From an uncultured Actinomycetes bacterium (lineage in GTDB: Bacteria > Actinomycetota > Acidimicrobiia > IMCC26256 > PALSA-610): a stretch of DNA of 64,000 nt. Shown here one piece after another: positions 41,207 through 53,077 of the stretch (positions are counted from its first letter, which is position 1; each line of letters begins with the position of its first letter). A program made the translations under genes and the position numbers. The stretch lies in the NCBI GenBank assembly GCA_963716525.1, contig OY970315.1:3612578-3676577 (forward strand), read 5' to 3'. The notes beneath the pieces were generated by a model. That model was not told where the DNA came from. It worked only from the letters and a program-made list of their open reading frames with translations, and made no database searches.

Positions 41207-41805
41207 ATGGGCGACCTGGCTGATGTGGATGGTCTCGCGGTCACCCTCACGACGCAGGGTCTCAAGATCGTGTCATGGGCGGAGCCCGGCGAGCCGTGGC
41301 GCGGAAACCCAACAGTTGTTCGTCGATCTGGGACCGCGCGCAGTGCCACTCGCTCACGCACCGGCGTCCGGGGAAGCACTGGCGTCGAACGGTCATCTCG
41401 GTGTCGATCTCATACGTGTGCCGGCGGGACGCGGATTCCAACCGCATACCCATCCGGGAGATCACGTGCTCATCGTCGTCGGAGGCGAAGGCACCATCAC
41501 ATACGACGGGGTCGTCTACCCGACTCGCCCAGGGGACCTATACATGATCGACGGTCAAGTTCCACACGCGGTGGGCGCTGCGAACCGACCATGTCATCCT
41601 CGCGGTCGGGTCGCCGCACCGGCCGGTCGATGCGCCCGATCGGATGACGACCGTGGAGTACGAGGAGGTGCTGAGCGAGTTGGGCGACCTCCGGTGCCTC
41701 ATTTGTGGGCTCGAGTCGGGGTTCCCGAGCATGCTGCACGACGTCGGATGCCCGCATTGCCCATGCTCGAACTGTGCCGCTGGCGAAACGCACCACAGCC
41801 GATGA
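41207..41805 (+). CDS. Cupin protein with Cys-rich C-terminus, frameshifted
   Basis: PHTHPGDH...PGDLYMIDGQVPHAV, then CLIC...CPHCPCSNC; stop overlaps next ATG. Confidence 0.7.
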
Positions 41806-42590
41806 CGGCCGACGCGAAGCACCCGCTGAGCCACACCGACCAGCGGCTCGCGGGCGACGGCCCGTGGCTCGGTGTATTTCTCGTAGCCGGCAACTCGATG
41901 CTGGCCGAAGCCTGCTCGATGCTTGCCCTCGATTGGGTCGTCGTTGACATGGAGGCCGCGCCCATGTCGAAGGTCGACGCCCTGCACATGTTGCAGGCGA
42001 TGTCGGCGTCGAACCTCGTGCAGCTTGTCCGAGTGCCGGCGCTCGACCGTCACGTGATCGAGCACGCGCTCGATGTGGGCGCACATGGTGTCATCGTTCC
42101 CAAGGTGGAGTCGCGTGAGCAGGCCGCGCTCGCAGCAGACGCGTGCCGCTTTCCGCCGATAGGCAGTCGCGGCGTGAACCCAATCCGTGCGAGCGGGTAT
42201 TTCACGAACCTCGCGGGCTACTTCGCCTCGGTTGACGCGAGGACGATCTGCGCGGTGCAGGTCGAGACCGCGCGTGGCGTCGAGCACATCGAAGAGATTG
42301 TCGAGGTTCCCGGGGTCGACGTAGTGTTTATCGGTGTCGGCGACCTGGCCTGCAGTCTCGGTCAGCCCGGCGTTCCTGACGGGCCAGCTATGGACGGGGC
42401 CCGCCATCGCGTCTTAGCCGCCACGCTGGCCGCCGGGAAAGTCCCTGGGATCTTTGCGTACTCGGACGAGCTCGCGCGCGTCTACGCAGCGGAAGGCTTC
42501 AAGCTCATCGCAATCGGCAACGAGGTGAAGTTCTTCCTGTCCGGCTGCGCGCAGTCGATCTCGGCATTCGGGGCAGCCGGCGCATTGTGA
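41802..42590 (+). CDS. HpcH/HpaI class II aldolase family
   Basis: DWVVVDME, LDVGAHGVIVPKV, FPPIGSRG, QVET, FIGVGDL. Confidence 0.9.
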   Translation: MTADAKHPLSHTDQRLAGDGPWLGVFLVAGNSMLAEACSMLALDWVVVDMEAAPMSKVDALHMLQAMSASNLVQLVRVPALDRHVIEHALDVGAHGVIVPKVESREQAALAADACRFPPIGSRGVNPIRASGYFTNLAGYFASVDARTICAVQVETARGVEHIEEIVEVPGVDVVFIGVGDLACSLGQPGVPDGPAMDGARHRVLAATLAAGKVPGIFAYSDELARVYAAEGFKLIAIGNEVKFFLSGCAQSISAFGAAGAL

Positions 42591-45500
42591 GCGCGTCGGT
42601 TCCACCCAGTAGTCCTCGCCTGGGCGTCCCCCTCACGCGGACGCAGCTGAAGATCTACACGTACTGCAGACTGAACCCGGAGACCGCGACATACCACGCG
42701 TCGCTGGCCTTCGACATCCAGGGCAGGCTCGACGCCGCGTCTCTCGAGATCGCGGTCGACTCGGTCGTGGGCCGGCACGAGATGCTCGCGCGCACGCGTC
42801 GTGGCGAACGGAGTCAGGCCATTCTTCTTCGTCGCCGACGACGGCGTCTCGCTCGAACGGTGCGAATTCCCGAACGCCGCGGCCTTGGAGTCGGACGCGG
42901 CGGAGTCCGCTCGTCCACGCCAACCGACCGTTCGACCTCGATCACGATGCCCTTGCCCGCTTCGTGCTGATCCGGCATCACGACGAGCACCGCACGCTCT
43001 GCATCGTGTTGCACCACCTGATCACCGACCTGTGGTCGATGAACCTGCTGTGCAACGAGCTGACTGCGTGCTATCAGGCATGCGTCACGGGTTCCGAGCC
43101 GCCACCACTCAGCCAGCTGGGCACGTTTGCCGACTATGCACTCAAGGAGCAGAGCGAGCAAGGCGTCGAGTCCCGGGAACGTGCCGTCGCCTACTGGCGT
43201 TCCGTGTTGGCGAACGGCATCCGCGAGACAAACCTCCCTCTGGAACCGCCCGAGGCCGCCGTCGCCGACGGAGAGGTCGCGCGAGCGCAGCTCAAGCAGG
43301 ACGAGGTGCATGCCCTTCGCGGGCTCGCCGAACGGGCCCGTTGCACGCCTTTTGTCGTCCTGCTCGCCGCCTACTTCGTGTTCCTCCATCGGCTGACGGG
43401 GCAGGAACGCGTCACCGTAGGCTCGTTCTTCGCTAACCGGTCCGACCCACGTTTCGTTAACGTCTGCGGCCTGCTGTTCAACGATTTACCGATCACCGTC
43501 GAGTGTTCGCCGGAGTCGACGTTCGAAGAGTTCGTCCTGCGGGTAAGGGACGAGTTCGTCGACCTGCTTCCCCATGCAATGACCCCCGTCGACCGAACAC
43601 TCGTTGCCGAGGCGAGCAGGGGAACTGCGCAGATCCTCTACGAGCAGCACAACGTCACCTGCCAGCTGTACGAGAGCCCGCCAAACCGCCTGCGGCTCGA
43701 CGGTTGCGAGGTACAGCAGAAGCGCTTCTTCTACGGCAGCAAGTACGATCTCATGCTGTACGGCAGCCTGGCCGACGATCGACTCGACCTCTGGTTCAAT
43801 TGCCGCCGCGACAAGTTCAAGGATCGACTCGTCGCCTCGTGGCTCGACTCGTTCGGCCGGCTGCTCGGCGAGCTCGTGCGGGCCACGTCGGTTCCGATCG
43901 CCGAGATCGATCTCGACCCAGCCTCCCTCGATCGAGCGAGGTGGGCGCGCGACGACATCCGCGACCGGTGCCGAGACGCGGTCGGGATCATCGCGCACCT
44001 CGACGAGAGCGCGGTGAAGCACCGCCGCCGAATCGCGGTCGCCGGGCCATGCGAAGGCGATTGGCTCGAGTTGACCTACGGAACGCTCACCGCTTGGGCG
44101 CAACGGACGGCCCACGAGCTCGAAGCCCGTGGAGTTCGGGAGGGAGACCGAGTCGCCGTGTACTGCACGCGCGGGCGTCGCGCTCGTTGCGGCGCACCTC
44201 GGTGTCCTGCGTGCTGGCGCCGTGTGCGTGCCTCTGAACCTCGATTATCCGAAGGAACGGCTGCGTTACATCGTCAGGGACTCGGGCGCAAAGGCTGTGA
44301 TTACCGACACCGGCGGCGGTGTCGCGTTCGCAGGAATCGCCGTGCTCGACCCTGGTCGGCCGCCCACCACCCCCGGCGACACGCCACACGCGGCGCAGGA
44401 AACGTCAGCCGACGACCCGGCCTTCCTCATCTACACGTCGGGGACCACTGGTCGGCCCAAGGGTGTCCTGCTGTCGCACCGCGGCGTCGTGAACCAGGTA
44501 CTCCACCGCAAGGAGCTTCTCTCCGCGACGAAGGAGAGCACGTTCTGCATCAGCCTCTCGACAGGATTCGTCACGCTCCCGTTGCAGATGCTCATGCCAC
44601 TCTTCGACGGCGCTCGCCTCCTCGCCTACCCCGATGAAGTCACGCGGGACCCACGACGGCTCTTCCGGCAGGCGGCGAGCGACGGGGTCTCGGCGCTCGA
44701 GGTGACGGTGACCCAGCTCGACCAGTTCGTTCGCACGGAGGCTGAAGGAGGCGACCCCCCAACGAAGCAGCTACCGGCGGTATTGGTCGCAGGAGAGAAG
44801 CTCCGTGCGGCGTCCGTCGCCGCGTTCCGGCGGGTGCATCCGACCGTCCCGCTCATCAACGCCTACGGGCAGACCGAATGCAGCGGGATGACGCTGTGCC
44901 GGAAGCTCGAACCCGACTGGCGAGCTCCCCTCGACGAAGGGGTCGCGTCTCGCGGCAACGTCGTGCTCGTGTGCGATTCGCAGGGACGGCCCCTGCCTGC
45001 CGGGTTCGTCGGTGAGGTGTTGGTAAGCGGCGAAGGACTTGCGCTCGGCTACTGGGCCGATGGCTCCCTCGATCAGACCAACTTCTTCGAGCACCCGACG
45101 CTGGGTCGTACTTACCGCACGGGCGACCTGGGGCGTTGCCGAAGTTCCGGCGCAATCGAGATACTCGGAAGGCAGGACGGTCAAGTCAAGCTGCGAGGAG
45201 TTCGTATCGAACCCGGGGAAGTCGAAGAGACCCTCCGGGTCATTCCGGCAATCGAAGCGTGCGCGGTTGCCGTCCGTCCCTACCCACGGGGACGACCTGG
45301 CACTGGTCGCGTACATCCAGGTCGTCGAGGGCGCCACTCTCGACGACGCGGCGATCCGGGGGGTCCTCAGGTCGTCGCTGCCGGAAGTCATGATCCCCGC
45401 GATCTTCTGTCGGGTGGGCCGCCTCCCTGTTTCCGCGAACGGCAAGATCGATCGACGGGCGCTACCGGACCCGCGCCTGTACATGCCCGTAGCTGGCGGT

Positions 45501-45755
45501 GACCACGGCCGAGAGCTCGACGAAGTCGAGCAGGTCGTGCTCCGTCTGTGGCGCAGCTCGCTCGAAATGCCGAACCTCGGACCCGACCACAACTTCTTTG
45601 CGGCGGGCGGAACCTCGTTGCAGGCAGTCGTCCTTGTCGGCGAGATGGCGGACGTGTTCGGCATCGAGCTGTCTTTGGACACGATCTTCAGGAGTCCGTC
45701 CGCACGTGAGCTCGCGGCGGTTATTGCGGCGCTGCGTGCGCTGGTGGAGTCTTGA
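42587..45755 (+). CDS. Single-module NRPS (C-A-T), split by about four frameshifts
   Basis: HHLITDLWS condensation motif; IYTSGTTGRPKG, NAYGQTE, YRTGDLG, SANGKIDR; FFAAGGTSL carrier Ser. Confidence 0.9.
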
Positions 45756-46606
45756 GCAGGGCGGCCGACAGCCCTATCGAGCGGCTTCCGGCGAGCGCCA
45801 TGTCGGCGTTCTCCGAGGAGGGTTACCTGGTGCTGCGCAACGTCATCGCAGACGGCGACCTCGAGATCCTCCGTCGTGAATCGAACCGGATCATGCGCCG
45901 CAAGACCATGAAGCAGCGTGAGCGGAAGGCCGGGGGTATCTTCGACAGCTTCCGGAACTGCCTGTCACTCTCGGACTCGTACGTACCCCTCATGACGCAC
46001 CGTGCCGTGCTCGGGGCCGTCGTGAGCGTCATGGGCGCGAACATCAGGCTGACTACATCACAGCTCGTGTTCCGACACCCGGACCCCTTCGATCGACCGC
46101 TGCCGAGTCGCGTCGCGAGATGGCATCGGGACATGGCGCCTGCGACCGAGGACCTCGGGCATGACCGCGTGCCACTCCTACAGATCAAGTGCATGTACTT
46201 CCTGACCGACTGCCTTGCGTCGGGGTGCGGCTCGACGCTACTGGTACCCGGTAGCAACCGAGCCCCGTGCGGGCCCGTCACCGGCGACGGCGCACTCGAT
46301 CCGCCGGGAGCGGTCGAGGTGTCCATCGCCGCGGGCGATTGTCTGCTCTTCGAGAACCGCACTTGGCATGCGGGTGGCCCGAACCGCTCGAATCGTGTTC
46401 GGAAGGCATTGATTCTGGGCTACGGCTACCGCTGGTTGCACTCCCACGACTTCAACGCAGTGCCCACGCGACTGAAGGACAAGTTGTCCGAGGTCGAGCT
46501 GTTTCTTCTCGGCCAGTCACCACCCGGTCCGCCCGGCTTCCGAGTCGGCGGCTGGCGTAACCCGCTCAAAGAATGGGTTGGCGAGCCCCGGTCGTCAGGG
46601 CCTTAA
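45752..46606 (+). CDS. Phytanoyl-CoA dioxygenase (PhyH) family
   Basis: EEGYLV, WHRD, LVPGSN, AGDCLLF...WHAGGPN. Confidence 0.9.
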   Translation: MSRAADSPIERLPASAMSAFSEEGYLVLRNVIADGDLEILRRESNRIMRRKTMKQRERKAGGIFDSFRNCLSLSDSYVPLMTHRAVLGAVVSVMGANIRLTTSQLVFRHPDPFDRPLPSRVARWHRDMAPATEDLGHDRVPLLQIKCMYFLTDCLASGCGSTLLVPGSNRAPCGPVTGDGALDPPGAVEVSIAAGDCLLFENRTWHAGGPNRSNRVRKALILGYGYRWLHSHDFNAVPTRLKDKLSEVELFLLGQSPPGPPGFRVGGWRNPLKEWVGEPRSSGP

Positions 46607-48169
46607 CGCACGGTTGCGGAGCAGGTCGCGTCGCACCTTGCCCGAGCGGGTTCTTGGCAGCCCGTCGACGAACTCGATGATCCGCGGATACTTGTACGGC
46701 GCAGTCATTCGTCACGCGTGGCTCTGGAGTTCGGCGACGAGCTCATCCGACGGCAAGCGGTCGCGGTCGAGTACAACGAACGCTTTGACCGCCTCGCCGC
46801 GGATCGCGTCGGGGCAACCGACAACAGCGACGTCGACGACGGCAGGGTGCGATAGCAGTGCGTTTTCCACCTCCTGCGGGCCGATCCGATATCCAGACGA
46901 GCCGATGAGATCATCCATTCGTCCCACGAATGTGACGTACCCGTCGTCATCGATCGTCGTCATGTCGCCCGTGAGGAACCACGTCGCGCCGTCGAGATGC
47001 CGTTGGGCGGCGGCAGTCTTGGCAGGGTCGCCCCAGTACCCGAGCATCATGTGGGGGGTCGGGCAGCGCAGCGCGAGCTGGCCGACGGCCGAGTGGTGCT
47101 GAATGCGATTGTCGTCGGTCACTACGGCGATCTCGACACCCGGCAACGGCGTGCCCATCGACCCAGGCTTGATGGGCTGGTCTAGCCGATTGGCCACAGT
47201 CATCAGGTTCTCGGTCTGACCATATCCTTCGAGCAAAGGAACCCCTGTGCGCATCGTCCACTCGTTGAACAGATCTGGGCTCACGGACTCGCCGGCTGAC
47301 GCTGTGAGCCGCAGGGTGGAGAGGTCAAACGCCTCCAATTGTTCCGAGAGAACGCGCCTCAGCTCGGTGGCGGGTGCGCAGTACACACTGACGCCGACGC
47401 GCTGAAGGATCTCGAGGCGCTGCCTTGGCTCGAACGGACCATCGAACACGACGACAGTGGACCCGCATGTCCACGGACCAAACAACGTGCTGCACCCAGC
47501 CTTCGACCATCCGGTGTCAGCCGTACACCAGATGCGATCGCGAGGTGCCAGGCCAAGCCAATGCTCCGCTGCAATTCGCCACATGTAGAGGTTCCGCGAC
47601 GCGAGCGTCGCTCCCTTCGGCGAACCTGTCGACCCTGAGGTGTAGTAGATCACTGCGGGATCATCAGCCGCGACCCGAGCGTTCGTCCGGTGCCTTTCGG
47701 CCCCGTGAAGCTCGTCGAGTGAGCACCAACCTTGCGGCGCGGCGCCCGACGCGATGAGTCGAAGCGGAAGATTCGTGTCGGCAAACTTCGCAGCGTGCTC
47801 TGCTGTCGTCACAACGCACGACGCACCGCAATCGCGAACCCGGTACGCGACGTCATCGCTCGTCAGCATCGTGATGCATGGCACCGGGATGGCACCAAGC
47901 TTCAGGCAGCCGACCATTGTGAGTTGCCAGTGAGCACCCCTTGGGAGCATCACGATCACGCGATCCCCGTACGTGACCCCGATTGAATCGAGCTTCTGCG
48001 CTATCTCAGACGAGCCCGCCGCCATTTGCCCATAGGTCCACCTCGCGGTCGTTCCGAGCTGGTCGATCGCGATCAGCGCCTCGTGATCCGGCGCGACAGC
48101 GGCCCACCCGTCAACGATGTCGCCGAAGTTGAAGACGCTGGGCACTGCCAAAGGCTCATGTCCCTCCAC
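46595..48169 (-). CDS. Medium-chain acyl-CoA synthetase, frameshift near 46712
   Basis: [41 protein letters not shown]...TRSGKV. Confidence 0.92.
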
Positions 48170-48198
48170 GCACCCTCCTTTGATCAGGTCCCCGGGAG

Positions 48199-48996
48199 TT
48201 GGCTCGGCGGCGGCGCAGCGCTGTAAGTATTACGTCCGTGGTCGTAGCCGTCGTCGGAGTGGCGTTCGCAGAGTGGACCGACCACCTCGCGTCGCTCGCC
48301 GAACTTCTCGACGACACGGAGCGACGCGAGGCGGCGCGTCGGTTGAATCGACGGTCCGCCGACCACTATCTGATCTCGCATGCAGCGTGTCGCCTCGTCA
48401 TCGCTCGTGTGCTTGACGTGCGCCCGGCGTGTCTGAGCCTCGTGAGAAGCAATTGCCCCCGCTGCGGGTCGGCACACGGCGCGCCGATACTCGTCGGCGA
48501 GCAGTTGCAGTTCAGCCTGTCGCGAACGGAGGACCGGGCTCTGATCGCAACCAGTCTGTCGGCCATCGGTGTAGACATCGAGCGACATCGGAGCGTCGCA
48601 AACTCAGAGCGGTTCACCGCACAGCTGTGCGCACCTGGCGAGCCGGTACCGCGTCGCGGCGTCCCAAGCTGGTTCGACTGGTGGGTGCGGAAGGAAGCGA
48701 TCGTAAAGGCTACGGGTGAAGGACTGCCGTCAGCCCACAAGTACAGGGTGGCGAGTCACGGTTCTGACGGATGGTGGGTTCCACTACTCGACGCGGGGTC
48801 GATGCACTCCGCGGCCGTAGCAGTGCGCGGGTCGACGGCTAACGCGCGTCCTGTGATCGAATGGCTCCATCCTCGGGCCGCGCTTGAGCGAGAACCTCAC
48901 GTGGGGTTATCGGTGCATCCACGGCGAACTCACGACGCTCGGCATCACAATCGCCGCGTCCACGGTCTGGGCGACCTTGAAGAACGCGGGGATTGA
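48199..48996 (+). CDS. Sfp-type 4'-phosphopantetheinyl transferase
   Basis: CPRCGSAHGAP, FSLSRT, IGVDIE, WVRKEAIVKATGEG. Confidence 0.88.
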   Translation: MARRRRSAVSITSVVVAVVGVAFAEWTDHLASLAELLDDTERREAARRLNRRSADHYLISHAACRLVIARVLDVRPACLSLVRSNCPRCGSAHGAPILVGEQLQFSLSRTEDRALIATSLSAIGVDIERHRSVANSERFTAQLCAPGEPVPRRGVPSWFDWWVRKEAIVKATGEGLPSAHKYRVASHGSDGWWVPLLDAGSMHSAAVAVRGSTANARPVIEWLHPRAALEREPHVGLSVHPRRTHDARHHNRRVHGLGDLEERGD

Positions 48997-48998
48997 TT
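48875..48998 (+). pseudogene. rve-type integrase/transposase fragment overlapping the PPTase tail
   Basis: Alternative frame ENLTWGYRCIHGELTTLGITIAASTVWATLKNAGID. Confidence 0.65.
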
Positions 48999-49076
48999 CT
49001 GCGTTATGTCGACCATCAGAGTCGTGGCCCTAAAGCACAAGCACCTCAGAGTCCTGACGTTCTGCACTCGAACTCG

Positions 49077-49248
49077 TCCGACAGTCCGGTGACAATCGCG
49101 ATTGCGTCCACGATCACGGCCTGCCTAGCCAAGGGTTTGAATAAGAAGACGATGGTGCTTGAGCGATCGGTCACACGAAACGGCATCTAACCGGGGTGAA
49201 CGTTGTAATTCTGACAACGAGTGGACCTAAAGGGCAGCTTTCAAACCC
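49077..49248 (+). repeat. att-like module family A, copy 3
   Basis: Left arm 49133-49157, spacer and right arm 49221-49248 all match 8933-9050. Confidence 0.75.
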
Positions 49249-49782
49249 CGCGAAACCGTTGACATCCCTTGCGCCACAAGGGTTGTGGGCGACATCGGCG
49301 GCGCACCGAGCCCCTCGGACACGTCGGAAATCGCTCCGCGGGCGTCGCGGAACGCGGCCGTCTGACGAATTGGGACACTATTCAAACCCCGCACTTGAGC
49401 CGACCGGCGAGCAAGTCTCTCCGGACGCGTTGGGCGGACTCCCCCACCTCCCGCAGCGCATCGAACGCAGCGCCGACTTCGCGGTGTTGATGTCGATGCA
49501 CTCATCGACGACTACCGCGCCGGCGCCACGATCATGGACCTCGCCGGACGGTTCGCGATCAGCCGAACCACCGTGATGGCGCACCTCGACCGCCGCAACG
49601 TGCAACGACGCGTGGCCGTTAGGGAATGGGACGACGACGCGCTGAGCCGGGCCGCCCGCTCGTACGCCGACGGCTCCTCCCTCGCCCATATCGGCGACCA
49701 GTTCGGCATCGATCCGCAGACCGTCGCCAACCGCCTCCGCAGGGCTGGTGTAGCGATCCGACCTCGACCCGGGTGGAAATGA
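49221..49782 (+). pseudogene. Double-HTH protein family A, frameshifted as read
   Basis: YRAGATIMDLAGRFAISRTTVMAHL...QFGIDPQTVANRLRRAGVAIRPRPGWK. Confidence 0.75.
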
Positions 49783-50143
49783 GCAGCTACTGAGGACCTG
49801 CGCGTCCAAGACAACCGCGCGCCGCGGAACCGGCGTTCCGAGACACCCGAGGAGCGTCGTTCTGGGACGCGGGTTGTGGGGCACTCGGTGGTCTCTCGGC
49901 GGTGACAGGCTGGGCGCTTGGGCCGAGCGCGACGGCGTTCGGGAGCGTGGGCTAGTTGAGTACGAAGCCTCGGCTGGTGAGGTCGCGCATGAATCGTTCG
50001 GGTTCGACGATCATGCCCATCGGGTGTACGCCGGGCGTGCGTGCTGGTGTACCGGGACCGTCGGACCACTGGGCGACGAACGCTGCTACGGCAAGTCCGG
50101 TGGCCTGACCACCGGAACCTGTCAATAGGTGATTGCCGTTTGT

Positions 50144-51175
50144 TCAGTCGGTTTGGATGGTTGGTCGGTTGATCCACGCCTTGGTCGGAACGCGTGCTGG
50201 TGTGGGTCTGTGTGTGAATCGTTCGGGGTGTGCGGCGTACGCGGTGTCGAGGGTGGCTTGGCGGCGTTCGAGGACGGCGGTGTGGTTGCCGTCGTGGAGG
50301 TCGGCGGGCCGCATGTAGCCGATCGCGCTGTGGTAGTGGGCCTCGTTGTACCAGTGGAAGAATTTGCGGCACCACGCACGCGCGGCGTTGATGGTGTTGA
50401 ACCGGCCGGGATAGTCGGGCCGGTACTTGAGTGTCTTGAAATGCGATTCGATGAACGGGTTGTCGTTGCTGACGCGGGGGCGGCTGTGGGACTTCGCGAC
50501 GCCGAGCTCGTTGAGGAGCTCGCCGACGGTCCCGGCGATCATGGGGCTGCCACGATCGGAATGGATCGTGAGGGTGTTCCGATCGATCCCGTAGCGGCGA
50601 CATGTCTCACGGATGAGTCTGCGGGCGATCTTCTCCGACTCGCGCTCCGCGATGGTCCACCCGACGATCTTGCGTGAGTAGATGTCGATGATCGTGTAGA
50701 GGAAGTAGCGGACGCCTTTCGCAGCGCCGGGCAGCTTGGTGATGTCCCAGGTCCAGACCCGGTTCGGTCGGGTCGCTTCGAGCCGCGGGACGCCGTACGC
50801 GCCGGCGCGTTGATGGCCGCCACGACGGCGCTCACGAACCAAGCCTCTCTCGGCGAGGATCCGATACATCTGACGCTCACAGCACAGGTAGCTGCCCTCG
50901 TCCAGCAGCGTCGCGTACACCTGCGCTGGCGCCATGTCAGCGAACCGGTCCGAGCACAACGTCGCCACGATCTGGTCCTTGTCCGTCTCGCTGATGGCCG
51001 CGGGATGCGCCCGACGCGGCTGCGGATCACGTCGAGGACGCGGCCGGGCCCTGCCCTCGACCGCTTGGCGGCGGTGACGACGAGTCCGCGGGTTCACACC
51101 GAACGCTGCGCACGCCCTCGCCACGCCCACGACCGGCGCGAACCGTTCGATGTGCGTCTCGAGCATCGTGTTCAC
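50144..51175 (-). CDS. IS3 family transposase OrfB
   Basis: WTWDIT, IDIYSRKIVGW, HSDRGS, DNPFIESHFKTLK. Confidence 0.95.
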   Translation of the reverse strand: MNTMLETHIERFAPVVGVARACAAFGVNPRTRRHRRQAVEGRARPRPRRDPQPRRAHPAAISETDKDQIVATLCSDRFADMAPAQVYATLLDEGSYLCCERQMYRILAERGLVRERRRGGHQRAGAYGVPRLEATRPNRVWTWDITKLPGAAKGVRYFLYTIIDIYSRKIVGWTIAERESEKIARRLIRETCRRYGIDRNTLTIHSDRGSPMIAGTVGELLNELGVAKSHSRPRVSNDNPFIESHFKTLKYRPDYPGRFNTINAARAWCRKFFHWYNEAHYHSAIGYMRPADLHDGNHTAVLERRQATLDTAYAAHPERFTHRPTPARVPTKAWINRPTIQTD

Positions 51176-51570
51176 TTCGGCTTGGCGCTCTTGTGCGACA
51201 TCTCCGACAAGAGCGCCGAGACTTTTCCCTGCGCGTCGATCAACTCCGTCGCCGTGTCGAGCTGACCCTCGAGCTCGCTGACACGCTCACGGAGCCGAGC
51301 ATTCTCCACGACAACAGGATCCTTGCCGCGCGGACCGGTCCGGCGGCCCGTCATCGCTTCCAGCGCGCCGCGATCGCGTTGCTTGCGCCACTCCGCGATC
51401 AACGAGCTGTACAAGCCCTCGCGCCGCAAGATCTCGCCGCCCTTGCCACGCTCGGCCGCGTCGAGCTCCGCCAAGACCCGCAACTTGTACGCCGGCGTAT
51501 ACGAACGCCGCTGCGCACGCACTTCCGGATCAGGCCGCGGCGACACAACCCCAACGGTAGTAACAGACAT
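51172..51570 (-). CDS. IS3 family OrfA
   Basis: RRSYTPAYKLRVL...LRREGLYSS HTH plus coiled coil. Confidence 0.9.
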   Translation of the reverse strand: MSVTTVGVVSPRPDPEVRAQRRSYTPAYKLRVLAELDAAERGKGGEILRREGLYSSLIAEWRKQRDRGALEAMTGRRTGPRGKDPVVVENARLRERVSELEGQLDTATELIDAQGKVSALLSEMSHKSAKPK

Positions 51571-51971
51571 GACATCTCTCGATCCCCGCCCCTACTCAAC
51601 GAATAGAAACAACCCAGGCGGCAACACCAATTATGTCAGAGAGGGCACGCACTCACCCGCGCCAACGAGCTGCTGCGGCAGCAGATAGCTGCCGAGTGCG
51701 CGCACGGGCTCCACGCTCGTCGATGATTCGTCTGACTTGGGAAGACGCAGATTCGCGAATCCAGCCAACAGAGTTCATTCGAGACAGGCACCGCCGCCCG
51801 AGCTCATCGCACCGAAAGTGGCTTGGACCGTCGCGTCGCGTTCATGGGTTAGCGACTCCCGCCTTGAGCACTTCCCACGGCGCCCACCCGGTAGGACGCA
51901 GTGGACGATGAGCGAGCTGGTGAAGGTTGTTCACCGCGATGACGTCGACCGTTGCGTTGCTTTCTGCGAGG

Positions 51972-52725
51972 GCGCCTGGGTTACTGATGAACCCGGCGCC
52001 GAGCGCTTCCCACGCCGACCAGCCACTCGGGCGCAATGTGATGTGCCACAGAGTGCCGCCGGTATCGGTGTCGAAGAGATCAAGCAGACCGCTCTGACGG
52101 ACGACGGCGGTCGGCGCGCCCTTGAAGTTGTGTCCGACAATCTCCCACGAGGACCAACCCGTCGGAGTGAGCGAGCGATGGGCAAGGTTGTGCCCGTTGT
52201 TGACCGCGAAGACGTCAACGATGTCAACCTGCGGTCGATACGTCGCGCCTGGGTTACTGATGAACCCGGCGCCGAGCGCTTCCCACGGCGACCAGCCACT
52301 CGGGCGCAATGTGATGTGCCACAGAGTGCCGCCGGTATCGGTGTCGAAGAGATCAAGCAGACCGCTCTGACGGACGACGGCGGTCGGCGCGCCCTTGAAG
52401 TTGTGTCCGACAATCTCCCACGAGGACCAACCCGTCGGAGTGAGCGAGCGATGGGCAAGGTTGTGCCCGTTGTTGACCGCGAAGACGTCAACGATGTCAA
52501 CCTGCGGTCGATACGTCGCGCCTGGGTTACTGATGAACCCGGCGCCGAGCGCTTCCCACGGCGACCAGCCACTCGGGCGCAATGTGATGTGCCACAGAGT
52601 GCCGCCGGTATCGGTGTCGAAGAGATCAAGCAGACCGCTCTGACGGACGACGGCGGTCGGCGTGCCTTTGAAGTTGTTTCCGACAATCTCCCACGAGGAC
52701 CAACCCGTCGGAGTGAGTGAGCGAT
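51972..52725 (-). repeat. 273-bp intragenic tandem repeat, about 2.7 copies
   Basis: Near-identical units starting at 51972, 52245 and 52518; 91 aa = two propeller blades. Confidence 0.92.
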
Positions 52726-53077
52726 GCACGAGATTGTGGCCCGTGCCAACGGCGAAGACGTCAACGATCCCATTCGGACGCTGCACGATCGGCCCAGAAC
52801 TCGACGTCAATGGACCGGCGCTGTTGTTGATGTCGAGCCATTGGGCGTAGCTGAATCCGAATCTGTTGACGTTCCAGTTGGACACAGCGAGCGTGTTGGA
52901 CGTCGCGGTGGCTGTCACATTCTCGCTGACGATTGTGACCGTGCCGTTGCCGTTGCCGTCGACGCTGCTTCCTGTGACAACAGCCGTGTGACCCGTGTCG
53001 GAGTAGTTCGAAGTGTTCGAGAAGCTCATCACCGTGCCGGCCGCTGCGGAACCTGTCAATAGGTGATTGCCGTTTGT

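Larger units (their letters stand above)
50113..51645 (-). mobile_element. IS3 family element, copy 1
   Basis: 1533 bp, same as 53047-54579; 3-bp target duplication CAC. Confidence 0.92.

Noticed and set aside
41196-42590. 464-aa cupin-aldolase fusion in the ORF track
   Set aside because: Better explained as two genes with an ATGA overlap at 41802, merged by frameshifts.
49790-50110. Possible gene interrupted by IS3 copy 1
   Set aside because: Rejoining the flanks gives no recognisable protein.
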